From the IMG/VR virus record IMGVR_UViG_3300032073_000002: a DNA stretch of 64,000 nucleotides, one strand, 5' to 3'. This DNA comes from an uncultured virus (IMG/VR IMGVR_UViG_3300032073_000002) (lineage: Duplodnaviria; Heunggongvirae; Uroviricota; Caudoviricetes). Under the pieces are notes generated by a model. That model did no database searches. It had not been told where the DNA came from and saw only the letters and a program-made list of their open reading frames with translations. Of the stretch, positions 9,868 to 19,362 are shown one piece after another. Every line of letters starts with the position of its first letter. Position 1 is the first letter of the stretch. Position numbers and translations under genes: made by a program.

Positions 9868-10944
9868 TTAACTCGCATCTGTAGTCCTATCATCTGCAAA
9901 GCTTCTTGTAGAACCATCATCATAAAATGTTACCGTTTCTGCAACAACGAATGTATCAGTTGGGTCAACTGAACCAACAAACTTAAGTTTAGTTTTTGCA
10001 TCTAATGTCACTGCACTTGATACAACTATACTTAATTTATCGTTTGCAATACTTGAGATTGTTGGATTCGTTCCTAAATTGGTACCGAATACTTCATCGT
10101 TTGCACTTATCTTAGTATTTATAGCCGTTGCAAATGATACTGTGGTGGAGTTATTTACTGCAGTTGAGGTTGTTTCTGCAAATGCTGGTTCGTAATGTTT
10201 AACTTCTTTAACCAATCCACTACCGTCTATCTCACTGGTAGTGAATAAACCACTTGCAGTCTTAACTTGACCTTGCACTCCGTCTGATATGTATGTTCTT
10301 TCAATAACATTCTTAATAACTTCACCAGTATATACTGGGCCGAAGAAATATAACTTCATAGTAAACTCTAATGTGTACTCAATCACACGTCTTTCTTCGA
10401 ATGAACCTTCGTATTGGTCTTCCATTGTTACAGAACCTAGAATGATAGGTACGTCTCTGTAATCGACCATAGAGTCAATCATCTTCATTGTAACTGTGTA
10501 TTCGGGTTGGAAATATGGTAGGATTTGTTCTACTATTTGTAGTGCATCGTTCATGTTCTTTGCAAGAATCGATAGACTAAATGTTAAATTGTATGGTGCT
10601 GGTTGATATTGGAATCCTCTTTTACCTGTGTCTGCAGTCTCTAACTGTGATTTAGAACTCCTAATTAGTTTGTTTTGTTGTCTAGTTGCATCATATTCGA
10701 ACCCTGTAAGTTCGAATGCAAGTCTAGGCATACTGATTGCAGTTCTCATACCATCACCAAGGTTGGCATCTTCTGCTAATCTTTGTAAGAACTTTTGTTT
10801 TGGCCCATAACTTATGGGTACTTTTTGTTCCGTGAGTACCGTACCGTCTGATTTTACTTTCTTGATTGTAATGTTATTAAAAAGAGTACCAAAAATTGAT
10901 ACAGCTCTCTTCATTGTTTCATTATAAAAATAGGTACCAAACAT
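9868..10944 (-). CDS. gp15: Tail sheath stabiliser/terminator with a C-terminal inserted domain
   Basis: Motifs FGTLFNNI, KVPISYGPKQKFL and QIVEQILPYFQP. Confidence 0.93.
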   Translation of the reverse strand: MFGTYFYNETMKRAVSIFGTLFNNITIKKVKSDGTVLTEQKVPISYGPKQKFLQRLAEDANLGDGMRTAISMPRLAFELTGFEYDATRQQNKLIRSSKSQLETADTGKRGFQYQPAPYNLTFSLSILAKNMNDALQIVEQILPYFQPEYTVTMKMIDSMVDYRDVPIILGSVTMEDQYEGSFEERRVIEYTLEFTMKLYFFGPVYTGEVIKNVIERTYISDGVQGQVKTASGLFTTSEIDGSGLVKEVKHYEPAFAETTSTAVNNSTTVSFATAINTKISANDEVFGTNLGTNPTISSIANDKLSIVVSSAVTLDAKTKLKFVGSVDPTDTFVVAETVTFYDDGSTRSFADDRTTDAS

Positions 10945-11159
10945 TATGAATAGTCCTCTATATACTGTTTTATTTCTGCAACTGTAAATAGGTTTTCTGC
11001 ATCTTCATCTGCTATTTTAATATCATAACTGGACTCAATGTCCATAATTACTTCAACTACTGATAACGAATCTGCATTTAAGTCATCAACAATATGTGAC
11101 TCATCTGTGATTGTAGATATATCTACATTTAATCTATCTGCTAATATTTTTTCTATCAT
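10944..11159 (-). CDS. acpP: Acyl carrier protein
   Basis: 71-aa acidic protein with the phosphopantetheine site DLNADSLSVVEVIMDIE and C-terminal IADEDAENLFTV. Confidence 0.92.
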   Translation of the reverse strand: MIEKILADRLNVDISTITDESHIVDDLNADSLSVVEVIMDIESSYDIKIADEDAENLFTVAEIKQYIEDYS

Positions 11160-12022
11160 TATGTAACCTCACCAAATGGGTTTGTTTCTGAGAAGTCTAG
11201 GTATCCATCTGCTTTATCTTCGAAGTCTTTATTCTGTGCATCACCATCATTTGCAAACGTTAGAACGTCTGTAATGGATTCTATGACCACTGTCTTACCA
11301 CTTGATGCACCAACCAAGGTATCACCAACTGCAAGGGTTCTTGTAACATCCTTGATAGTAAGTTTACGTATCTCGTCTGATGCGCCTGGCGTCCAACCAA
11401 TAACTTCACCAGTTGCAGCTCCACTGTAATTTATAACTTCTTGAATTGTAAATTCTCCACTTGTATTTGAAACAACCATTTCGATTGTGTATGCCTGTTC
11501 GTTTTCTACTAAGTCTACTACTGTTCCAGTATCGAAATCCTCTCCACTGTATTCGAACAACTCACATTGTAATTTGAATACAAATAGTTTTCCGACTTGA
11601 TAGAATGGGTTCTCATGTTCTACAAATTTGATTTCAAACATTGAACCACTCATAGGGAAGTAAATTAAATCTCCCTCGTTAGGTCTTAATGATGTGGTGA
11701 GATTTGAATCTAAAGAAATGAATCTTTCCCATGTTCTTAATGATATTACAAAGGTTGCAGTATCCCTAACTGAGACACCAAACTTAGACATTAAATCTCC
11801 ATCACCTTCAAACCCATCTGTATTTTCTAGATACATTTCTACTGAGTATGCATCTCCAAATTTGGATTGTACATCTTCACCAAGGATAGTATCCTCTTCT
11901 ACAATTTCTCTAGGTAGGTAAAATGTTTCGTGTCCATACATTCTAAGTGACTCAACAACGATGTCTTCATATAGCATCTGTTCAGTATTAACTGCATGGT
12001 TAAAAAATACGTTTGTTGGCAT
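11159..12022 (-). CDS. gp14: Neck protein
   Basis: Motifs RPNEGDLIYFP and FEIKFVEHENPFYQVGKLFVFKLQCELFEYS. Confidence 0.95.
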   Translation of the reverse strand: MPTNVFFNHAVNTEQMLYEDIVVESLRMYGHETFYLPREIVEEDTILGEDVQSKFGDAYSVEMYLENTDGFEGDGDLMSKFGVSVRDTATFVISLRTWERFISLDSNLTTSLRPNEGDLIYFPMSGSMFEIKFVEHENPFYQVGKLFVFKLQCELFEYSGEDFDTGTVVDLVENEQAYTIEMVVSNTSGEFTIQEVINYSGAATGEVIGWTPGASDEIRKLTIKDVTRTLAVGDTLVGASSGKTVVIESITDVLTFANDGDAQNKDFEDKADGYLDFSETNPFGEVT

Positions 12023-12026
12023 GTTT

Positions 12027-12842
12027 TTATCCCATTAAGTCCATGACTGGCATTTCAAAATTCAGTCTAGACTCTTCTTCTAATCTTGTAATTTCCTCTT
12101 GTGCTTCGGACTTCATCTGTGCAGCGTCTAATGTGACTCCGCCAGGCAATGCAATTCCCGAAAACTTAGATAGGTTTTCACCCCACTGATACTTAACTAA
12201 TGCAGTACAATATTTCTTTAACCATATATCGTCATAGACATCTGTCATATCGGTTGGGTCAATCTTTCTGTAACATTCAATGATTAGATATTCACCAGCT
12301 GTTAAACTATCTGCATCTAAATCTAGATACAATCTATTAGAATGCATGTTGTATCTAATAGGTGTTCTTCCAACTAGGATGTTATCCATCATTGTTATAT
12401 TCTGCTGTACCATTTCATAATACAGAACGTTAGTTGAAGTTAAATCATATAAGTCATTTAGTCTTAATTGATATCTTAAATCAAACATGTTTAGATTATG
12501 TTTGTCATTGAATGGTAAAATGTTTAAAACAGATAACACATGTTCGGGTAGAGTAAGATAGTTTTGTTGTTCTTTATATGTTTGATTACTTACTGCATGA
12601 CCACCTGCTGTTGCAGCTGAATGTGATTCATCTGTCTTGAATGAATCTAACTGACTTTGTGTAAGTTGGTGTTTTAAATAACACTTAATACTACCATCAT
12701 AGCAGTATTCTCTAAAGTATTGTAGACCTTCATCAAGTCTATCATCAAACTGGTCATCATCTACGTTGATTTCCAACACAGGTGCGCCTAGTTTTCTCTT
12801 AACGTACTCCTTGAGGGTTGCTTTTGAATTTGGTTGTGCCAT
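12027..12842 (-). CDS. gp13: Neck protein
   Basis: Motifs RKLGAPVLEINVDDDQ and WLKKYCTALVKYQWGENLSKF..LPGGVTL. Confidence 0.95.
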   Translation of the reverse strand: MAQPNSKATLKEYVKRKLGAPVLEINVDDDQFDDRLDEGLQYFREYCYDGSIKCYLKHQLTQSQLDSFKTDESHSAATAGGHAVSNQTYKEQQNYLTLPEHVLSVLNILPFNDKHNLNMFDLRYQLRLNDLYDLTSTNVLYYEMVQQNITMMDNILVGRTPIRYNMHSNRLYLDLDADSLTAGEYLIIECYRKIDPTDMTDVYDDIWLKKYCTALVKYQWGENLSKFSGIALPGGVTLDAAQMKSEAQEEITRLEEESRLNFEMPVMDLMG

Positions 12843-12877
12843 AATAGTATTCCTGTTTAATACTATTTATGCGTTTT

Positions 12878-13138
12878 TTATTCTTGGAAATAAGTCTTAG
12901 TAGTAAGTTTATCGATTTTATCAGAGATACGGTTCATTTGGTCTAATAGTTTAGACATATCTTTCTCAATTTCTTCACGTGTGACATAATCTTTGGCTAT
13001 CTCTTCACGTGTCTTATTGAGAAGAATCCCTTGGCGTGATACCTCTTGTAGTGTATTCCTAAGTAAGAAACCTATAGGTACAATAACAAAGACTGTAATT
13101 ATATTCCATAGGATATAAGGTGTGATAGTAATTTCCAT
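12878..13138 (-). CDS. Small membrane protein (one N-terminal TM helix plus coiled coil)
   Basis: Hydrophobic ILWNIITVFVIVPIGFLL followed by a charged heptad-rich tail; CTAAATA promoter-like element just upstream. Confidence 0.6.
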   Translation of the reverse strand: MEITITPYILWNIITVFVIVPIGFLLRNTLQEVSRQGILLNKTREEIAKDYVTREEIEKDMSKLLDQMNRISDKIDKLTTKTYFQE

Positions 13139-13155
13139 ACTACTATTTAGAATAA

Positions 13156-13866
13156 TCAGTTCAGTATGGGGTTACCTATTTCATCTAATTCAAAAGTAAA
13201 TTCATTCTCATTGGGTGGTGTCCCTTGAGGGTCTCTTCTACTTGGGGAAGCTGAAATTTGATGTACTCTACAATTGAACGAAATTGAGTATCTTTCTTTG
13301 TCTGTAGGATTGGGTTCTACCATATGCATTGCACCACTAGGAAACATTATAAGTCTTCCAGTGACAGGATGATATCCTATACTCTCGTGCATTCTAGCAT
13401 TGGTAGGATGGTCTGCGACTACCTTTGGGTCTGTATTGATTAGTTGTAGGTCACCTTCATCACCGTCTCCATGTATATAAAAAACTCCACTATACCAACA
13501 ACCATTATGTAAATGTGGTGTATTCCATGCACCTTTATCATTTATATTTGCCCATGTATTGTCTATTTTAACTTGTGCATCGTCGGGATGAACTCTGAAG
13601 AATTGTTGTACTTCATCTCTCAATGCAGTTTCAATACATCTAACAATCTTTGCAAAGGCTGGATGTTGTTCTACCCCATCTTGAGACTGCCAACCAGTGT
13701 ACCTGTTTGATATTTGTCTACCCTTGGGGTCTCTTTTTCTCCATGCATCCATTTCTTTTTTAAGAGTCATTATATATTCTTTGGAGACAGCATCTTTACC
13801 ATACTTCTCTTGGTCTAATAAATTTCTTTCAAATATGAATGTTGGGAATGCTAATCTAATTGTCAT
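13156..13866 (-). CDS. Putative 2OG-Fe(II) oxygenase (TIGR02466-like phage family)
   Basis: WANIN..NTPHLH..SGVFY and FPSGAMHMVEPN...RYSISFN pattern (HxH...H...RxS). Confidence 0.8.
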   Translation of the reverse strand: MTIRLAFPTFIFERNLLDQEKYGKDAVSKEYIMTLKKEMDAWRKRDPKGRQISNRYTGWQSQDGVEQHPAFAKIVRCIETALRDEVQQFFRVHPDDAQVKIDNTWANINDKGAWNTPHLHNGCWYSGVFYIHGDGDEGDLQLINTDPKVVADHPTNARMHESIGYHPVTGRLIMFPSGAMHMVEPNPTDKERYSISFNCRVHQISASPSRRDPQGTPPNENEFTFELDEIGNPILN

Positions 13867-14761
13867 CTGTATCTCCGAATAAATCTAATTGTACTTCTGC
13901 ATTTTTTTCTACTAAATCGGGATTATGCATAGGACACTCGGGTGGTGGATTATCTTCTTTAAACATTCTTCCCTTCTCATTCCAATACTTAATTCTTCTA
14001 TAGGCACCAGCCATTCCTTCAATATGTCTTTTCTCTTCTCTAAGTTCGGGTGACCTATTCCATTCATCCATTGTTTTTAGTTTACCACCATCTTCACCCA
14101 CTCTATGGGTAGTTCTAACTGACCTGTTCTCTTGCCACGATTGATTGTCGTATGTTATATAGGATGCATTCCAAGTCTCTCTTCTGTAAGGGATGATTTG
14201 AACTAATGGTGTTCCAGCTTTGATTATAAAATCTTTATTTGTTTTAGGATAGAAGATAATTTGAGAGTTATCCATATTAACATTAAATGCATCTGTATCA
14301 ATCATACCTTGCCATGTTGCAAAATACTTATTTTGAAATAGAAATGGGTCTAAGTATAGACAAGAATAGCCTGGCGGAGTAATAATATTCCATGGTGCTT
14401 TCATTTTGAATGCATCTTTTGTTGGTGCATCTTCTTTAGATAAGTAAGTAAATTGATGACCTGCTTGTCCAGCTGGATGTGTTGGTGATGAAAGTCTGTC
14501 CTGTGGGTCTGTTCTTGAATTACTAGAATGTTCACTTACAAATACTTGCATGTCTTTCTTTGCACAAATTAACCATCCAGTCTTTAACCAGTCATCCATA
14601 GCAGGACATGACCTTATAGTCTGAGTTTTGTGACCACGAACATTCTCTTGAACCTTCATAGTCTTCCACCAATCGGGAACTACTTTCTTTGCTAGAACTG
14701 GTCTCCAATTCTCCGTGGTTTGTTTATCATAACATGTAAATTCAATCGTAGGCATCTTCAC
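13856..14761 (-). CDS. Hypothetical protein, possibly dUTPase-like beta fold, of a type often found beside phage 2OG oxygenases
   Basis: CPAMDDW..G, PWNIITPPGYSCLY, GMIDTD and IIKAGTPLVQIIPYRRE. Confidence 0.5.
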   Translation of the reverse strand: MKMPTIEFTCYDKQTTENWRPVLAKKVVPDWWKTMKVQENVRGHKTQTIRSCPAMDDWLKTGWLICAKKDMQVFVSEHSSNSRTDPQDRLSSPTHPAGQAGHQFTYLSKEDAPTKDAFKMKAPWNIITPPGYSCLYLDPFLFQNKYFATWQGMIDTDAFNVNMDNSQIIFYPKTNKDFIIKAGTPLVQIIPYRRETWNASYITYDNQSWQENRSVRTTHRVGEDGGKLKTMDEWNRSPELREEKRHIEGMAGAYRRIKYWNEKGRMFKEDNPPPECPMHNPDLVEKNAEVQLDLFGDTDDN

Positions 14762-15446
14762 CCCATAAAGTCTTTAGACTAATTTCATCTCCTCTTATAA
14801 CCAAAGAACGTCTATCCATATACCTTGCAGCTGGTTTTGGTGCATCTGCACCATGTGGTATTCTTCCATCAAATATTAATAATCTATTGGGTTTAAAATA
14901 CACTTCTGCAACTTGATGATTTTTAATATGGTCTTCTCTTCCATGTATTCCTTGTTGCATTTTATCATACATTCTTAAAGAACCACCCCAAGAATCATTC
15001 CAAAACTTATTTGGATAATATAAAAATGAAAGATTCCAATCATCTTGAGGCTCACAATCTGCATGTGTTGTTCCCTCTAGTCCTTGAGTCTGAGAATTCA
15101 AACCAAAGTATTGAAATCTCTCCCACATAAATCCGAAGTCTGTTTGTAACTTTCTATTGAACCAATTCATAAGATATGTATCTTTAGGTTCCATACCACG
15201 TTCTATTTCTTGGTTCTCACCTCTAAAGAATCCAACACCCCAAAAACTATGGTGTGGTAGTCCTGTAGGGCTGTCTGAGTTTACTTGATTAGTTTTTGCC
15301 CAATAAGAATTTCTAGTTATCCTATCATCAATACAATGATGCATCGTTGTAGATAAGTAATCATCTAAAACGTATACCTTTTGCAAAGGCATATCTTTGA
15401 TATGGAAAGGTTCTTTAATGAACTCTAACTCAACGTTAAACCCCAT
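14742..15446 (-). CDS. 2OG-Fe(II) oxygenase, prolyl-hydroxylase-like
   Basis: HAD (HxD), LYYPNKFWNDSWGGSL and FKPNRLLIFDGRIPHGA...RRSL motifs. Confidence 0.8.
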   Translation of the reverse strand: MGFNVELEFIKEPFHIKDMPLQKVYVLDDYLSTTMHHCIDDRITRNSYWAKTNQVNSDSPTGLPHHSFWGVGFFRGENQEIERGMEPKDTYLMNWFNRKLQTDFGFMWERFQYFGLNSQTQGLEGTTHADCEPQDDWNLSFLYYPNKFWNDSWGGSLRMYDKMQQGIHGREDHIKNHQVAEVYFKPNRLLIFDGRIPHGADAPKPAARYMDRRSLVIRGDEISLKTLWGEDAYD

Positions 15447-15449
15447 TGA

Positions 15450-16007
15450 CTACGGCCTAGTATCTTCTGGCGTATATGGACTAGGTAATTCACTCTGATA
15501 AGCGTCATAGTCTTTTAAGAAGTCTTCTCTAGTAGATTGGATTTCTTGAACTAGTTGGTCTAAAACAGAGTTAACTGCATCTGCAAATTCCATTGCTCTT
15601 CTAGCGTTATTTCTATGTGGATGATTCGAACCTTCTCTACCAGCATAAGTAACTTCAGATAGATTATCAAAGTTATACTGTTTACATTCTTGGTCGATGT
15701 AATCTTTAGTTGTACTATAAAGAGTATTGATAAATTGCATATTGAGACTGTGACCTATAGGTGGTTCACTATTCTCAATGTATTGTTCAATCATTTCACA
15801 CTCTTCTTTTGAGAGTGCAGTTTTTTGTTGTCGGTCAAAAGCTAGACCTTCTTCCCAGTTTAATATTTTAACTTCTATATCATCATAGATGATAACATCA
15901 AACTCAAAATCAAAAGCTGGTTTGTCTACAGAATCGTAATTGTATTCAAGTCCGTTAGGTTTACGGATGAATAAAGTTCCTTCACTGTCATATATAAATG
16001 CGTTCAT
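15450..16007 (-). CDS. Hypothetical protein resembling tail-fibre assembly chaperones
   Basis: C-terminal helical segment YIDQECKQYNFDNL...ARRAMEFADAV resembles phage fibre-chaperone C-termini; lies downstream of fibre genes. Confidence 0.4.
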   Translation of the reverse strand: MNAFIYDSEGTLFIRKPNGLEYNYDSVDKPAFDFEFDVIIYDDIEVKILNWEEGLAFDRQQKTALSKEECEMIEQYIENSEPPIGHSLNMQFINTLYSTTKDYIDQECKQYNFDNLSEVTYAGREGSNHPHRNNARRAMEFADAVNSVLDQLVQEIQSTREDFLKDYDAYQSELPSPYTPEDTRP

Positions 16008-16037
16008 AATTTAGTTCCTCGGTAATATTATAACATA

Positions 16038-17615
16038 CTAATCGCCAATTGGCAATCTTCTTTTCACTTTTAAAAAGTCTTCAAGATTATTTATGGTTGA
16101 ATAATCCATCCCTTTTACCCATGGGCCACCACGTGTATAATGTATACCACTGTAGTTGTACTTTTCTTCATGGTTATCATATCCTTCTACAAAGATATAA
16201 TGTTCGGGTATTTTAGAGATTTTATCTGTCCACTCAAATTGATGTAGCTGTTTTCCTGTCCAAGTGTTAACAACTTCGGGTGTTAGCTTCTTACAGTCTT
16301 CATGTCCATTATTGAATACCATCATACTAGACCAAAGCTTCTTAGGGTAATCTATATTAACTTCACCATCAAACTTTGTTTCATCATGTTTGTATTGTGG
16401 ATATTGTATACATGCAACAGCATCATTAGGGTTTAAGTAGTAAAACATTGGTAGTATACTTTTATTAAAGATGAAGTCATCATCAATAAAGATACTAAAT
16501 CCTTCGTAGTTCTCTAAGTAAGGTATTAGGAATCTACTGTATGTAAATTCAGTACTTTGATTTGCATACTCTCTAGTATACTCGGGAATCTTAGAAATGT
16601 CAAGTATTTTAACTTCGGGTTCCCATTTAACTTGGTCATGCATCCAACCTCTACCAAATCCGTTTTTAATACTTTCTAGGATTGCAAACTTAGAACACTT
16701 AGACAAATCTCCATGTCTACTATCATGTCCAATATAGATTGTTAGGGGTTTACCTTTTGCAAGTTCATAGACCTGTTTGTTAAATGCATGTACTTCATCT
16801 CTGAAATCTAAGTCCATTAATGCAGTATTATATTCAATACAACCATCCACATATGTGAATGAACAATGGTATTGCTTGTCTAATCTCTTTAACTTAGTAT
16901 ACCACATCTCTAATACGCTGTCAAGGCTTGTCGGTTCAACTTTCACAACATCAAAATTATCTATTACCATAATTTCCATATCGTTGTCTTGCATCTCTTC
17001 AAAGACACCCGAACGAATAGAGCCTGGGTGTATTCTAAATGTGTAAGTAGATTCAGTATTCATACCAGTGACACCATTATCTACAACATATCCTTGAATA
17101 GGAGCTCTTAAACCTTCCTCTTGGATACTTTGAATTAGCCAGTGTGCTTTTGCACCGTGATAATACATAGACAACAATGAACCCTCTGCATGTTGGTCTC
17201 TGTTTTCAACTGTGTCCCAATCGATTAATGTATCTATATCTACATATCCATTAGAATCTTTCATGTCCATACCTGCTACGCCTGGAATTACCTTTCTAGG
17301 TTTCTCTGCATAACCAACTGGTAAAAACTTGTGATAAGTTACTGACTCATTTCTTAATCCATTGAACCCACCAAATCTGTTTTCTTTTCTTAGATATTCA
17401 AAGTCTTTCCACTTTGCAATCTTTACTGGTGGTAGAATTTCTTTGAACATCCACTCAAGTATTTTATAGGTTTCTGAAGTTTTTGAATAGCCTGGTTCTA
17501 TATTAAATGCACCAAGATGAAAATTACCAATGGCCTGTCTTTCTTGTGAGGTTATCTTAGGGTCATAAGGTTTTATTAATTCTTTTGCTTGTTCTAGGGT
17601 TTCAATTTTCTGCAT
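16038..17615 (-). CDS. Two-domain protein: ParB/Srx-like N-terminus plus GT-A glycosyltransferase (CDI/GT8-related)
   Basis: C-terminus has IYIGHDSR, STEFTYSRFLIPYL, FIDDDF (DxD), YPKKLWSSMM and HYTRGGPW. N-terminus has LIQSIQEEGLRAPI...IHPGSIR. Confidence 0.8.
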   Translation of the reverse strand: MQKIETLEQAKELIKPYDPKITSQERQAIGNFHLGAFNIEPGYSKTSETYKILEWMFKEILPPVKIAKWKDFEYLRKENRFGGFNGLRNESVTYHKFLPVGYAEKPRKVIPGVAGMDMKDSNGYVDIDTLIDWDTVENRDQHAEGSLLSMYYHGAKAHWLIQSIQEEGLRAPIQGYVVDNGVTGMNTESTYTFRIHPGSIRSGVFEEMQDNDMEIMVIDNFDVVKVEPTSLDSVLEMWYTKLKRLDKQYHCSFTYVDGCIEYNTALMDLDFRDEVHAFNKQVYELAKGKPLTIYIGHDSRHGDLSKCSKFAILESIKNGFGRGWMHDQVKWEPEVKILDISKIPEYTREYANQSTEFTYSRFLIPYLENYEGFSIFIDDDFIFNKSILPMFYYLNPNDAVACIQYPQYKHDETKFDGEVNIDYPKKLWSSMMVFNNGHEDCKKLTPEVVNTWTGKQLHQFEWTDKISKIPEHYIFVEGYDNHEEKYNYSGIHYTRGGPWVKGMDYSTINNLEDFLKVKRRLPIGD

Positions 17616-17652
17616 GGTATCTCCATAATATCTGTCCTATATTTAGTAAGAT

Positions 17653-17677
17653 AAAAAAAACCCCTCTTTCGAGGGGT
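17653..17677 (-). terminator. Rho-independent terminator after the first repeat-protein pair
   Basis: Minus strand CCCCUC-GAAA-GAGGGG hairpin followed by 8 U. Confidence 0.85.
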
Positions 17678-17701
17678 CTTTGTTCACTGTCGGGTAGGTT
17701 C

Positions 17702-19324
17702 CTATGATGTGATTGGTGTTGCAGGCCATTGTTGTGATACCACTCCATCCCATCTTGCTTCGGGTGTTCTCCCTTGTCTTGAATAGGTGAATGGACTTCT
17801 ATGCTGATAAGTCGTTGGTGTCTGACCTGTTCTTTGATATGTAAACGGACTTCTATGGTTATAAGTCGTTGGTGTCTGACCTTGTCTAGCATACGTAAAC
17901 GGTGACCTGTGAGAATATGTTACAGTTGTTTGACCAGTTCTTTGATACGTAAACGGTGTCTGTGCATTCCTTATGTTTGGTTCTTGAGCAGCTGCAATAT
18001 AAGGATACGGATTCTGTTTGTTTCTTATATTGGGTTCTTGTGCATTTACAGGATTCCTATAAGTGAACGGTGACCTATGTTGATACGTAGAAGGTTGACG
18101 TGCATTACTAGGATTCTGATAAGTAAACGGTGACCTATGACTATACGTAAACGGTGTCTGATTGTTTCTAATATTAGGTTCTTGTTGACTTCTAATATTA
18201 GGTTGTTGTGCATCTCTAATATTAGGTTCCTGTGCAGATACAGGACTTCTATATGTAAATGGTGACCTATGACTATACGTAAACGGTGTTTGTGCGTTTC
18301 TAATATTAGGTTCTTGTTGTGACCTTATATTTGGTTCTTGTTGGTTTCTAATATTAGGCTCTTGTGCATTACTAGGATTCTGATAAGTAAACGGTGACCT
18401 ATGACTATAGGTAAACGCTGCCTGATTGTTTCTAATATTAGGTTCTTGTTGTGACCTAATGTTCGGTTGTTGTATGTTTCTAATATTAGGTTCTTGTCCA
18501 TTACTAGGATTCTGATAAGTAAACGGTGACCTATGACTATACGTAAACGGTGTCTGATTGTTTCTTATGTTTGGTTCTTGTTGTGACCTAATGTTCGGTT
18601 CTTGTTGGTTTCTAATATTAGGCTCTTGTCCATTTACAGGATTTCTGTATGTAAACGGAGACCTATGGTTATAAGTAAACGCTGCTTGTGCATTTCTAAT
18701 ATTAGGTTCTTGTTGACTTCTAATATTAGGTTCTTGTGCCGAACGTATATTAGGTTCTTGTCCATTTACAGGACTTCTATATGTAAATGGAGACCTGTGG
18801 TTATAAGTAAACGGTGTTTGACCCTGTCTTGCATATGTAAATGGTGACCTATGAGAATACGTTAACGGTGACCTATGTGAATACGTTAAAGGTGACCTAT
18901 GTTGATATGAACTCGGTTGTCTTGCTTCTCTTATGTTAGGTTGTTGTGCAGATACAGGACTTCTATATGTAAATGGTGACCTATGATTATATGTAAACGG
19001 AGACCTATGGTTATAAGTAAACGGTTGTCTTGCATTAGCAATGTAAGGTACTCTGTATGTAAACGGATTCCTTGCATTATTAGGTTGTCTTGCGTTAGTA
19101 GGGTTCCTATATGTAAATGGTGCTTGGAATGTGAACGGTTGTTGACCATTCGCTGGATACCTAGCATTATACGTAAATGGTGCTTGGAATGTGAACGGTT
19201 GCTGTGCATTCGCTGGATACCTTGCACTATACGTAAATGGTTGTTGAACAATCGAAGGCGTCTGTACATCAACGGACACTTGTCCGTTTTTGATAGTCGG
19301 TTGTTGTCTTTGACCTATTGGCAT
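17702..19324 (-). CDS. Pro-rich modular repeat protein B (540 aa); predicted antiparallel partner of protein A
   Basis: Residues 7-518 parse entirely into 69 modules of 6, 8 or 10 aa (RSPFTY, RNPVNA, QEPNIRxx, RSPxTYxH, QNPYPYIAxA, RSPFTYxRxG). Confidence 0.85.
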   Translation of the reverse strand: MPIGQRQQPTIKNGQVSVDVQTPSIVQQPFTYSARYPANAQQPFTFQAPFTYNARYPANGQQPFTFQAPFTYRNPTNARQPNNARNPFTYRVPYIANARQPFTYNHRSPFTYNHRSPFTYRSPVSAQQPNIREARQPSSYQHRSPLTYSHRSPLTYSHRSPFTYARQGQTPFTYNHRSPFTYRSPVNGQEPNIRSAQEPNIRSQQEPNIRNAQAAFTYNHRSPFTYRNPVNGQEPNIRNQQEPNIRSQQEPNIRNNQTPFTYSHRSPFTYQNPSNGQEPNIRNIQQPNIRSQQEPNIRNNQAAFTYSHRSPFTYQNPSNAQEPNIRNQQEPNIRSQQEPNIRNAQTPFTYSHRSPFTYRSPVSAQEPNIRDAQQPNIRSQQEPNIRNNQTPFTYSHRSPFTYQNPSNARQPSTYQHRSPFTYRNPVNAQEPNIRNKQNPYPYIAAAQEPNIRNAQTPFTYQRTGQTTVTYSHRSPFTYARQGQTPTTYNHRSPFTYQRTGQTPTTYQHRSPFTYSRQGRTPEARWDGVVSQQWPATPITS

Positions 19325-19362
19325 TTTAGATTGTTCCTGTTATATTAATATTTCTCATTTGC

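Noticed and set aside
17602..17892. 96-aa alternative-frame ORF bridging protein B and the glycosyltransferase
   Set aside because: It is mostly an out-of-frame reading of the repeat region and crosses a strong terminator; no slippery site was identified.
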